This document shows, piece after piece, positions 1 through 10,830 of a DNA stretch of 38,684 nt. Positions within the stretch are counted from its first letter, which is position 1, and every line of letters starts with the position of its first letter. The position numbers and the translations under genes are program-made. The stretch is taken from contig BQXS01010807.1 in the NCBI GenBank assembly GCA_024181965.1, positions 1-38,684 on the forward strand, given 5' to 3'. The DNA is from Aduncisulcus paluster. Taxonomy: Eukaryota. Below the pieces are notes generated by a model. That model was not told where the DNA came from. It was given only the letters and a program-made list of their open reading frames with translations, and searched no databases.

Positions 1-828
1 AGGGATAGAATAGAGAATAATTATGGGTATAAAATAGTTTTAATGTGAACAAAAACACGAAATGTAAACAACATTCAACCATTCTCGATCCTGTATCAAT
101 TTTCGAATCAAAGTGCAAAAGAAACGAAGTTTGTAGCCACGACATTTACAGCTTGAAGGACACATGCTGACGGGAAACGATTGGATAAAATAAAATAAAA
201 AATGGCATTAAAAGGAATTGAATGATATATATACCCATCAACATGATCAGAATGGCGAGATAGAAACATTTTCGCTCAATCGTGGGATTAGCGACGATAA
301 AATGCAAAACTGTGCCGAAAAAACCATAAAGTTATAAGGATGAAAAGAGACATTGAATGTCCTGGAAATCGTGAAAGGGGAAACAAAAGACAGCAAGAAG
401 CAGAATGTTCGATTTGCTGAGTCGCTCGTTGGACGAGAGAACTTCTGATTTTATTCATTTACACGTGAAGACAACACGGGATGATAGAAGCTACGACAAC
501 TAAAGTATAGGTGTGGCAGATGAGAAAGACACGATACGAATGATGGTGGTAGCGATAATAATTTCACTGCTCGCAATCTGTACTTCCATGCAGCATTGGC
601 ACACATGTTCCTTGGCAATCTTGAGACACACATCAGCTAGCTCCTTGTTTGAACTTTCTAATTGCAGACGACCATCGAAGGGAAGAGATTTGCATGTATT
701 CCTCCAATGTTGCACGAGCATCGGTGTCAGTATGGATACATCTAGCGCAGGATCGGTGACACCGGGTGATGATAGAGTAGGTTGAGGAATCTGCTGTTGT
801 TCCATATCAATGGATGTACTACTTGGAA

Positions 829-3676
829 TCAGGCTTGGAGAGGTGTGAGGAGATGTTTCCGTGGTTCGAGAGGCCCAGCTATCTCCAATTCCTTCTCTTC
901 GAGTGTTTGGTCATAAGCTTCAAATGAACTGGTATTTTTATCGAATAGCATTTCAACACCTCCACCTGTTTGTTCAATGAGATCATGGACAGATTGTAGA
1001 TAAGATCTTTCTTCATCAAAGGGCATTTTGACAAGCAACTTTTGAGGAGAAACTGTAAGGAGAGAAGAGTATTTGATACCATGAGGAGGCAAACATTCAT
1101 CCTCTTTTCTAAGTTTAGATATTCCCGCTGCAATGAAAAGCCAGTCAAGGTCTGAAGGCCAGTCTAGTTTTAACCGTTTGTCCTGGCGAGTTAAAATTTC
1201 TCCAGAAAGAACATTAGAATAGGAATATTCGAGTTCTCCCAACTCCCAAGTAATAATATATTCAATATACCAGAAATGAGTCGCAAAATTATCAGAAATA
1301 GATGCGTGATTCTGATTTTGTTCAGGGGTGAATAGGATTTTGCTTGTGGGGATAATGGAGAGCATTGGAACAGAATGGAGAAGAAGATTTGAATATGCGG
1401 AATGTTTGAAATATGAAATAATACTAAATACATATGTCGAGGTGTCAATATCTTCTTCACTGCAGAAACGGATGATTGAATCAAATTTAGGTGAAATTTC
1501 AAGCAGAATAGATGGAACAATGGAAAAGATGCCGATAAGTTGTACCCAGAAATGATGATTATTCATAGATCTAAACCAATTTTCGAGAAGATCTTTGACA
1601 TTTTCATATATCCTAACGGTATTGTAAACACCAATAGATAAATGGGAGAAGAATACTAATGCCCAATCATGATTATCCTCATTGATCTTATTTCCAACAA
1701 ATTCTCTCTTAACAATATCAAGAACAGGGTGGAAGAGAGGCCAAGCTTCAGAACAGATGGAGATGTCTATTGGATCTATGTTAGGGACTGTAAAATATGA
1801 TAGAATAATCATCCAGTCTCCAAAACACTTACTATCATCGTAAATCCTCAACCAATCTTTTATATATGGTTTAATAAGGGTGAAAATAGAGGATCGAGTG
1901 GAATAAGAGGCTGATTTTGAAATAATTTGAAGAGTCGCCAATATTTTTTGAACAAAATCATTTCTCAATTTCCTCTTGGTTCCACTTTTAAGCATTATTT
2001 CCAAAGTCGGAGAGATTTGGCAGACAAATGAATCATTATATTCATCAATTGAATGAGTATAATATGAAGTATAGTTTGTGCAAATACCATAATATTCTCT
2101 TTCGATATTGCCTTCTAACACTTCCTCAACACTGGAGAGATGGCCAAGAAAAGTGTCAATGAGGTCATTTAGATCTGGGATAGGGAGATAGATATCATTT
2201 CCGGAAACATTATGCATAACAAACCAATCTAAACATTGAATACAAAGAACAATCTCTTTTTTATGCTCTTTAATCTCACTCTTTGACTGGAATGCAAGGA
2301 AGACAGAAAGAATATCTTTTCGATGCTTGTGGTAGAGTTTTGAAGTTGACTCTGAATCGGGACACTTTTCAATGGTTTCGAATATTATATTCCATTTATG
2401 AAGATAGGAATAGCAATTTCCAATATATCTTGAATATAGAGAACTAGAACCTCCATTTATCTTGCACCATTCCATTCTATCATCATATTTAGGGGATATT
2501 TCTGGAATCAAGCGTGGAGAAGTAGAGAAAGATACCAAAAATTGAGACCAAGAATTAATTCCAATTTCAAACTATACACGATCCCGATATAATCTTGAAA
2601 GTTTCACTACACCAAACCAGTAATCAAGACGGTAATCCCTTTTGAGATTATGATATAATACAATTGCTTGGGAAGGAATGCTACACAAATTTGTGAAGAA
2701 ATTCATACCTAAGATAATTAACATGTTTGTGAAGGGATTTGGCTCATCGGGAAGTGGGATCACAGACTTACCAAACTTGAGAGACTTAAGGATAGGTTTG
2801 AATACAAACCAAAGCTGTGAGGAACGGTTTACATGAGCAGTGAGATTATCTTCTTCAAGAGATATGTTCCTCAAAATCGTCATCCACAGCGTTTTGTTAG
2901 GATATTTCTTCATCCAAAGAAGCATATAAGGGAGAAGAAGGGATAAAATGGAATCCTTGGTGGTGTTATCTTTCGCAAAGGCAATATTTTTAAGTATCTG
3001 AAGAATATTACGAATTAATGAAGCATCGAGATCTTTAGATAATCCAAGAGCTAAAAATTCAGAGAGAAGTGAAGATATTCGGGGATAAATTGATTTTCGA
3101 AGGGAGGTTACACGAGATATTGAGATTGAAAGAATCCGAAATAAAAATAAACTTAGTGAAATATCTCCATCTGGCTCTCTTAGAGCTGCTTCAATTTTAA
3201 GTAATGGGCTTAGTAATGACCTAATTATCTCTTGGATAGAGGAAGTATCAAGGTCACCCGGTTTTTTCTGAACATCAATATCACCCTGTTTTTCTTCAAC
3301 ATCTATAGGAGGATCAGGGGTGAAAAATGTGTCAAATATTGAAGGATTGTTGTGTGTGTGTGTGTTTGTGTGCGTGGGATAAACCAGCATGGACAAAATA
3401 AAATATTGAAGGATGTGGGGGGTAATACGTCTTTCGTTCCACAAATAAGAATAGACATTCAAAACAAAGAGTAAATAGTTCTCGATGGTGAATTCTGAAG
3501 AAGGGATATCTCAAAAGATACAGGGGATATTGAGTAAGGCAATTCTTGAGACGAGGAAATGAGCGTTCAAAAAGGCATGTCATTAATGATGAAGGTGTTT
3601 TTTTGATAGATCTTTTCAATGAGATAAGTTCATTAATAAATGTCTGAAAGTTTTCATTTGCAACTGGAGAGATCAT
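829..3676 (-). pseudogene. Disrupted alpha-helical (ARM/HEAT-like) repeat protein of a lineage-specific family
   Basis: ORFs 3332-3676, 2572-3462 and 829-2538 join into one frame after removing a 67-nt insertion+duplication (3348-3414) and reading through one in-frame TAG (2572-2574; ...YRDRV*FEIGINSWSQFLVSFSTSPRLIPEISPKYD). Internal repeats are visible: LLPYMLLWMKKY/IKPYIKDWLRIY, LWFVFKPIL/AWPLFHPVL, and ISPKYD/ISPKFD. Confidence 0.65.
3334..3414 (-). mobile_element. 53-bp insertion with CA-rich 3' tail flanked by a 14-bp target-site duplication
   Basis: AAATATTGAAGGAT occurs at 3334-3347 and 3401-3414. The insert on the minus strand ends ...CACGCACACAAACACACACACACAACA. Excising it restores the host reading frame (PPHPSIF-DTFF). 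Confidence 0.65.
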
Positions 3677-3899
3677 GGATAGTTATTAAAAAATTAATAT
3701 GGGCTGGGTCTATACTTATAATGATTGATGAAATGACCAAAATTTATGTATATTCCTATAACTTTAATGGAGATTTAAGAAGTAGCTCACAGAAAACCTC
3801 ACAATATGACTGAACTCGGTTCCTATTTTTAGTCTTCAAATTTTCCAACAGAAATTATTGGTGATTTGGACCAAATTAATATCAAAAATAGTTTAAACA

Positions 3900-4430
3900 A
3901 TGAAAAAGATAGCCATTCTTAGAGGTATTAATGTTGGTGGAAGACGTAAACTCCCCATGGCTGAGCTTAAAGAGCTCTGCGCTGAACTTGGGCTTACAGA
4001 TGTGCGGACATACATTCAAAGCGGAAATATCATATTTTCATCCCCTATTTCAGGTAAAGATCTTGAAGTAGTCCTTGAAAATGCCATTATTTCCCGTTTT
4101 GGATTCGATGTGCCTGTTATCATCAGAACAGCGGAAGAATTACAACATTCTGTCGAAAAAAATCCATTTTATTCACCTAAAGCTGATATTACTGCTTTAC
4201 ATCTCACTTTGCTCAAAGATTTTCCAGCAGATGAAGATGTGTCATGTCTTGAACTCCCTGAAGGTATTTCTGATCGTTTTGTATTACAAGACAAAGATGT
4301 GTTTATCTTTTGCGCTGGAAAATACCACAAGACAAAACTTAGCAATGCTTTTTTTGAGAAAAAGCTTAAAGTAAGAACAACTACAAGAAACTGGAAGACT
4401 ATTCTTAAACTCATTGAACTTAGTGCATAG
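3900..4430 (+). CDS. DUF1697 family protein (bacterial-type, intronless)
   Basis: The N-terminal signature LRGINVGG...MAELK...DVRTYIQSGNIIF and C-terminal KLSNAFFEKKLKV.TTTRNWKTILKL match the DUF1697 family. Length of 176 aa is typical for the family. Confidence 0.92.
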   Translation: MKKIAILRGINVGGRRKLPMAELKELCAELGLTDVRTYIQSGNIIFSSPISGKDLEVVLENAIISRFGFDVPVIIRTAEELQHSVEKNPFYSPKADITALHLTLLKDFPADEDVSCLELPEGISDRFVLQDKDVFIFCAGKYHKTKLSNAFFEKKLKVRTTTRNWKTILKLIELSA

Positions 4431-4440
4431 AACACAATGA

Positions 4441-4484
4441 AACTCTTTCGTACAGTATAGTACAGTATAGTATAACTCTTTCGT
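4441..4484. repeat. 22-bp (AGTAT/AGTAC)n simple-repeat insert flanked by 11-bp direct repeats
   Basis: AACTCTTTCGT at 4441-4451 and 4474-4484 flanks ACAGTATAGTACAGTATAGTAT. Confidence 0.6.
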
Positions 4485-4650
4485 GACTTACATTTTAATA
4501 TTTATACAAAATAATTGATAGATACTTTAGCTTATTTGAGGATTGATTCTGGAGATCTCCAGGATTAATATTGATCGTTAGATGTTCTCATTACTATTAC
4601 TCCTCTTCTTGGATATTAAGTATCTTGCAGAAGAGAAGAAAGAATTGACT

Positions 4651-5662
4651 TTATTCACTACTCTCTTTGAATCTCCGTAGTTTTCTCAGAGCTCTGGCTG
4701 GAGAACCGACCAACATCATACCGCCCTGTGTGAGATCACTGGTGAAGCGTCTTGGAGATTGGGTGGGTGATATAGAATCGAGAGAAAGGTGTGATGTGGA
4801 ATATTTATCTCCAAGTTTAGAAGACAAATGAAACGAACGAGGAATAGGCAAAGTAGCATCTCCAAAGTCAAGACCTTGTGAAATCGCTGATTTTGAGTTA
4901 AGTGGAGTCGTAATAATGGTATTTGAGAGGTGAGAGTGAACAATATCTCTTAATCTATGAGAAATATGGTCTTGAGATGATTTTTCTGAACTTGGAGATT
5001 CACTTTCTAAAAATGGATTTCCACAGATGTCTAAATGCTTAAGAAGTGATAATGGTTTCAAAAATAGTAATTGTGTTTTGCTATGGATTAAGTTGAATGA
5101 TATGTCGAGTAATTCAATGCTTTTGCACATTCCTAGAGGTTGCAAGGAGGAAACTTTGTTACCTGACATTAAAAGAATAGAAAGAGATGAAAGAGCCGAA
5201 ACTCCATCAAGTAATTCTAATTTACATTCAGAAATATCCAGAACTTTTAATGATGAAAATGAAGCCATGGCCCTAGAGTTTGAAATATATATAAAAAAAA
5301 TGGGAATAATTGAGAATAAATGTATTTCAGTGGAGAAATATGATCTTATTTTAATTGATATACATACTCAAATGAGTGAATATTACTTTTTCTAAGATTC
5401 AAACTCACAAGATTGGGAAGAAATACTGTAAGGGGAGATAAGGTTTGAGATAATGAATCAACCTTTATATTAAATTCTGTAACAAGTGATAAATCATCTT
5501 CCTTCGTTTTTCTTTTCTAGAAATAAAAGAATGCAACATTTCAAGAGATATCATAATGCAACGGTAAAATACAAAGAATTTGACAATAATAAGGGAATAA
5601 ATTTTAATAATTTGGGAACATACAAGGAATTCTTCTGTGATTTCTCGTGAGGGGGAGTCCAT
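4651..5662 (-). CDS. LRRC56: Leucine-rich repeat protein, LRRC56/ODA8-like (outer dynein arm assembly factor); 3 exons
   Basis: Exons 5624-5662, 5368-5516 and 4651-5272; introns 5517-5623 and 5273-5367 (GTATGT...TAG). Spliced protein MDSPSREITEEFLKRKTKEDDLSLVTEFNIKVDSLSQTLSPLTVFLPNLVSLNLRKSNIHSFEAMASFSSLKVLDISECKLELLDGVSALSSL...LDICGNPF follows the LRRC56 pattern (DDL..V...VD...LPNL..L.L, LRRs, GNP cap). Confidence 0.72.
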
Positions 5663-5745
5663 TTCCGAGAAAGATCGTCATTTCTTGTTCGTCGTTTCTT
5701 GGTCAAATAATTTATTATTTTCTAAATTATTTGTGATTTTTCAAG
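5663..5745. promoter_or_regulatory. Very short divergent (bidirectional) promoter region
   Basis: Only 83 nt separate the ATG of the LRRC56-like gene (5662, minus) and the ATG of STT3 (5746, plus); the core is AT-rich. Confidence 0.55.
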
Positions 5746-8480
5746 ATGGGAACCAACACAATCACATTGATTACCGTCTGGATTATCGGTATGTCATCTT
5801 TTTTTTCAATCGCTTTCATTTTTTCATTTTACCTTATTATTTGTGTTTTTTCAAATATTTCAATATGATAATTTTTAAAAATTGTTGAATTTATAGCATT
5901 TTCAATTCGATTATTCTCTATTGTGATGTTTGAGCCCATGATACATGAGTTTGATCCACATTTTAATTGGAGAGCAACCGAATTCATTGCTGAGCATGGA
6001 ATCAAAGCCTTTTTGAATTGGTTTGATGATAGATCATGGTATCCGCTTGGCAGAGATGTGGGAGGTACAAGTTATCCGGGTTTGATGTTCACAGCCCATT
6101 TTTTTCGCTTGATTCTGCAAACGCTTGGAATATCCGTATCTGTTAAAACGGTATGCATTTATTTGGCACCATTTATGGCTGGGAATACGGCTCTTATGGG
6201 ATATTTGTGGGGTAAGCTTCTTGCCGAGTCACACCAACATTTCCTTCCTCGTGATTTGTCCCCTCAAACCCTTGAATTCCGTAAAAAATTGATATCTTTA
6301 CTCTCGAGCTTCTTCATGAGTTGTATTCCGGCATTCATGTCCAGATCAATGAGTGGAAGTTTTGATAATGAGGCTGTCGGTGTGTTTGCTCTCACTCTGT
6401 GTTTCTATTTATATACCCTTGCCATTGAGAAGAAAGTTCCCAAGTATTCTGTTCTGAGTGGTGTGATGATGGGCTTTCTAGCCCTCTCATGGGGTGGTTA
6501 CGTCTTTCCCATAAATTTCATACCAATATTCACCTTAATTCAACTATTTTTATATTATTATCCAAACCAAAAGCTTGTAAAAATATTCCACCAACCTCAT
6601 TGTCCAAAGGAATCCGAGTTACTCAATTCTAATAATAGAAATGAGAAAGAGAGGCGTAAGGAATGTAGCAGTCATGTTGTCAATGATAATAACAAGAACC
6701 CTGAAGTTTCTATAAATATAAATTCTGAGAAGAAAGATGAAGATGAAGATAATTATTCTAAAAATAGAGTTTCTGAGGATATTGTTTCTCTTTGTTTTAT
6801 CTATCTTTGTTGGTATGTTTCAACCATCTCATTGTCATATCTGTCACCCTATGTTGGTTCAAAGATCTTCTCATCCCTGCAGAACGCTCTGCCCCACGTT
6901 TGTCTTGGTGTCATTATCATGTTTGCTCTCTTTCAACTTATAAATGCCCGAGTGGATGATGATTATACGATATTATTTTATAAAAATGTCGTATATTATT
7001 CGACCCTAGGTATTTTCTTCCTTGTGGTGGGTTTCCTATATGTTACTGGTCATTTACAAGGCTTTGAAGGTCGACTGAAGACATTTTTTGATCCCCGCCA
7101 TGCAAGGAAAAACATTCCCATTGTTGCAAGCATCAGTGAACATCAGCCAGCTCCTTGGGGCCCCTTTTACATTGATTTGTGTGTTATTGTTGTGCTTTTG
7201 CCAGCTTCTATATGCATGTTCCTGTTTTCAAGCCGTAAAGTGAAGAGAAGAATTGTGTATCAAATCCAACTTGAAGAAGAGGTTGAATATATGAAAGATT
7301 TCAACAAAACTCAACGTGAACAGCTTTCTAAAGCTCAACGGAAACACCGTCAGAAAACTGGTTCATTTTACACGCCGGCATCAGTTCGAACAAAGCATAA
7401 CCAGAAAAGGAAAGATAAGTTAGGAATGAGGAATTTCTTAGTTGGGTTATGGGGCATTATCATTGGGAAAAAAACAGCAGCTGAAATTGCTGAAGAATTG
7501 CACATTGCTTCTTCTTCTTCTTCTTCGGATTCTGATTCTGATTCTAAAAATAGCCACGGTTGTAATTCCGATTCGTCCTCAAAGGTTTCGAATCTTTTCT
7601 CGGATGATGTTGTCGTGACTTTGTTTGACCCCAGTCCAACATCTCTATTTCTGTGTGGATTTCTGTTATTTTCTCTCTGGTTCACTGGGTGTATGATACG
7701 ACTCATGCTCGTTCTGTCTCCAGTCGTCTGTGTTTGTGCTGCTTATGTATGCGGTGAGTGTGTGTTCTGTTGTCTATGCTGGGCTAAATGGGGAATGCCG
7801 GAAAAAGAAAGATTGCCGGAAAAGGAAGAAGTTATTCAGCATGAAGAAGAAGAGAAAGAGAAAGAAGGCGGGAAACAAAAAGATATGAAAGGTTCTAAAT
7901 CGTCCAAGAAAGGAGGTAAAAAACAAAAGAAAGGATCCAAGAAGAAATCTCAAGCCCATATTGCCGGAATTATTGGAGACTCAACTGAACGTAAGGATAA
8001 GGAGAAAGAAAAGGAGAAAGAAGAAGGATTACATGATCAAAGCAAAGACCTACAATCAGAACAATCAGAACAAGCGCAGTCCATATCATCTCTGATAATC
8101 CCTACAATTATATTCCTTCTCTTGTTTACAGTCCTTGTCCTGTTCCTGATCCATGGGGTCTGGATATCTTTCAAAATCTACAGTAATCCGACTGTCATGA
8201 TTGCACAGGAACGAGGAGGGGCTGGTTTTGATAGCATGCGGAAAGGCGGTTATGACGAAAAAGTATCTGGAGCTCTTGGAGTTGTTTCAGAGCTTGTCCA
8301 TGGATTGCTGAGCCATACCAGCGCTTCGAAAGATTCTTCACTGTTCAGAGTCATGATTGATGATTTTAGAGAAATGTATCGGTTTATATATGACACCATG
8401 TCTGATGAAGCTGTAATCATGAGCTGGTGGGACTATGGTTACCAACTATCTGTGCTGAGTGAAAGCATAACAACCAGTGA
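5746..8480 (+). CDS. STT3: Oligosaccharyltransferase catalytic subunit STT3, 3'-truncated by assembly gap
   Basis: Exon 5746-5788, intron 5789-5896 (GTATGT...TAG), then IRLFSIV.FE.MIHEFDPHFNWR, DRSWYPLGR, SRSMSGSFDNE, SWGGY, SISEHQP, DDFRE and the WWDYG motif (8425-8439). Sequence after the gap is unrelated, so the tail of the ORF-track protein is spurious. Confidence 0.96.
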
Positions 8481-8500
8481 NNNNNNNNNNNNNNNNNNNN
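8481..8500. other. Assembly gap (20 N) hiding the 3' ends of two convergent genes
   Basis: Run of N. The flanks are non-homologous and the right flank is GC-richer. Confidence 0.95.
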
Positions 8501-9028
8501 GCCAGAAGAAACGTCGCCAACGGTCAAGTACAATGCACGCAGAGACGTCAGATGCGAGAAATCCGTGTCCGGCGCAATGTCGATGTTATTCAGCGTCAGC
8601 GTCTCAAGACTCGTGGGAAACTGCTCGATGTCACTGGTGCCCATCTGTTTGGACACGAACGACGTGTTGCTCACATACAGCGTCGTGAGGTTCGTCGCAC
8701 CACCAAGCCCAGCGAAGGAGTCAACAAAGTACGTGTTCAGGGAGGTCAGATCTTGGAGGTCGTCAGAAGTCAGGTCGTCACAATGAGCTCCATGGTCAAG
8801 GGCAAGGCAGACGTCATTCAGGAGGAAAGAATCTGGAATGACATCAGAGGAACCATAAATGGGAAGTACAAGCATAATAGCGAATAATACCCAAATAATA
8901 TGCAGGTAAGCAATGGGGCTGAGGCAAGCAGAAGTGAATCTCAGCTTGGTCTTAGAATGGCTGGAATTAGGGGAAATACCAGCATTTTTGAACCAAGAGA
9001 AACTAAAATGAGCTTTTAACTTTTTCAT
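8501..9028 (-). CDS. 5' part of a secreted/surface leucine-rich repeat protein (internalin-like N-cap + LRRs), truncated by gap
   Basis: Hydrophobic stretch IAYLHIIWVLFAIMLVLPIYG, then cap IPDSFLLNDVCLAL...LTSDDLQDLTSL and LRRs GLGGATNLTTLYVS, SLETLTLNN and FSHLTSLRALYL. Start codon uncertain (9028, 9061 or 9115). Confidence 0.7.
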
Positions 9029-10175
9029 TTTGTGTTTTGACAAAAAAAAAGGAAAATTCATGAAAAATAATAAAATAAAACTCCGAGTATTATTTTTCGA
9101 GTAAAATGACACCATGATAATTTTCGAGAATTAAAAATAAGAAATGACTTTTAATTTGTATTTAATAATTTAATTCCTGAGAAAAATATATTAGTTCTTA
9201 TGGTATGAAAGATTTTTCAGAGTATGTTCTTCCTTCTTATTCAAAACAAATACATTATAATATTTCATTAACGTTGCATAAATGGCGATATATTTCATAT
9301 CCATGTCATGAAATCATGTCGAAATGAACGATATTAATTTTTACAACTATCACTAGAAAAAAACATTTCAAGTAAATTTGACTGCAATAATTCATCTGAA
9401 ATCAGTCTTATTAGATAGAATAAGAGGAAAAAATATAAATTAGCAGTTATTAATGAAGGGATATCAAATTTATCATAGAAGCCGAGGTTATTAATATCTG
9501 TCACCAAGTCCTAAACATTCACGGATTACAACAAGAACATATCATCATATTTTGTAAACAATGACGATGGGAGGTTGAGGGACAGACGGGATAGTAAAAG
9601 AGGAAGGAGATTCTTGTTGTGTGATAGAACGTTGGTTCCTGAAAGAGATCGACTGGTATAATGGGAGGATCACCAGATTGAACATCAATGAGGGGATCGA
9701 TGGGTACATCACTGGAAAAAAGAACATCTTGAGCCACGGTCATCCGAGCTGACACGTATTTGAGAGCACGAGGTTTAGCACGCACTAGAGACGCAGTCAC
9801 TGCACGGCAAACAAAGGATTCAGCACCACAACAACAAATCTTGCAATTGTAGCAGTGACGGATTGCAAAATCCCATGTGTCCATCTTGCGGGGCGAGAAT
9901 CAAGTAACCAGAACAGAGAATACGAGAGAAATTTGCGAATAGTCGAGAATTTAGGTGGTTTCAATGAGTTCAGATTAGTTGTGACTTGAGCCACGATTTG
10001 AGATAATATATGTTCTCGGAGCACTATACATTTGGAGTTCAAGAAAGTGGGGGACAAGTTATAGTTCCACCGGACAAAACTCATGAAAATGTTGTAATCC
10101 CACAGAGATAATGGAAAATTAAAGTATTAGAGATCCTTTTTAAGCAGAATTAATCATAAAATATTGAGGAACCAG

Positions 10176-10282
10176 CCGGGAGTTACCGAATAAACTCACA
10201 ACTTATGTTCTTGTTTGGAGCATGTCTTGCTCAATAACCGGCTAAACCGGGATTTACCGAATAAACTACTACAACTTATGTT
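10176..10282. repeat. Imperfect ~35-bp direct repeat, two copies
   Basis: CCGGGAGTTACCGAATAAACTCACAACTTATGTT (10176-10209) and CCGGGATTTACCGAATAAACTACTACAACTTATGTT (10247-10282). Confidence 0.75.
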
Positions 10283-10298
10283 GAACCTCAATACCAAG

Positions 10299-10830
10299 AA
10301 TATCAATGTCTACCAGGGAATCCACAACATTCACAAACTACAACTACAACTTATCATAACACAAAAAAACTTTACAATGCAATATGTGAACAAAACTCGG
10401 GAGTTAGGAAACGATTTTGTGTCAGGAGTGGAATGACAAGACTAGTATCCAATATATGTTAGAAAGAAAACATTTATATATTTTAATCGATATATTCTGC
10501 AATGTTATCCTGCATTGTTATCATACAGAGTTTTGAATTCTAAAACTTCATTTCTTCTCGTTGTAAAAGAAATATTGAAAATATTGTATGTCATAATTTT
10601 TCATTAGTTAGATATTAACTTCTTGTCAATCCATAATCACCCTGTTTTATTCACTGATTCTCTCGCTGGCTGTTCTTTTTGTTCTTGTCGTCATTTCCTC
10701 CTTGAAATGCACTAAATGTTCGATGATTATGGTGACATTCTTTGTTAAAATTATCATATCATTTTTAGTATTGTTCGTGTTCTCATCATACACATTTTAG
10801 AACACAATGGATCCAAAATCAAGCTCAGAA
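10299..10830 (+). repeat. ~530-bp duplicated block (upstream region + first 8 codons), copy 1
   Basis: Nearly identical to 21218-21749, from AATATcAATGTCTACCAGGGAATCC to ATGGATCCAAAATCAAGCTCAGAA. Confidence 0.9.

Noticed and set aside
8501-8688. C-terminal extension of the 921-aa STT3 ORF / STT3-LRR overlap
   Set aside because: It results from translating through the N gap; the right flank is the antisense of an LRR gene.
10176-10282. CRISPR-like repeat-spacer-repeat
   Set aside because: Only two imperfect copies, eukaryotic context, and no cas genes.
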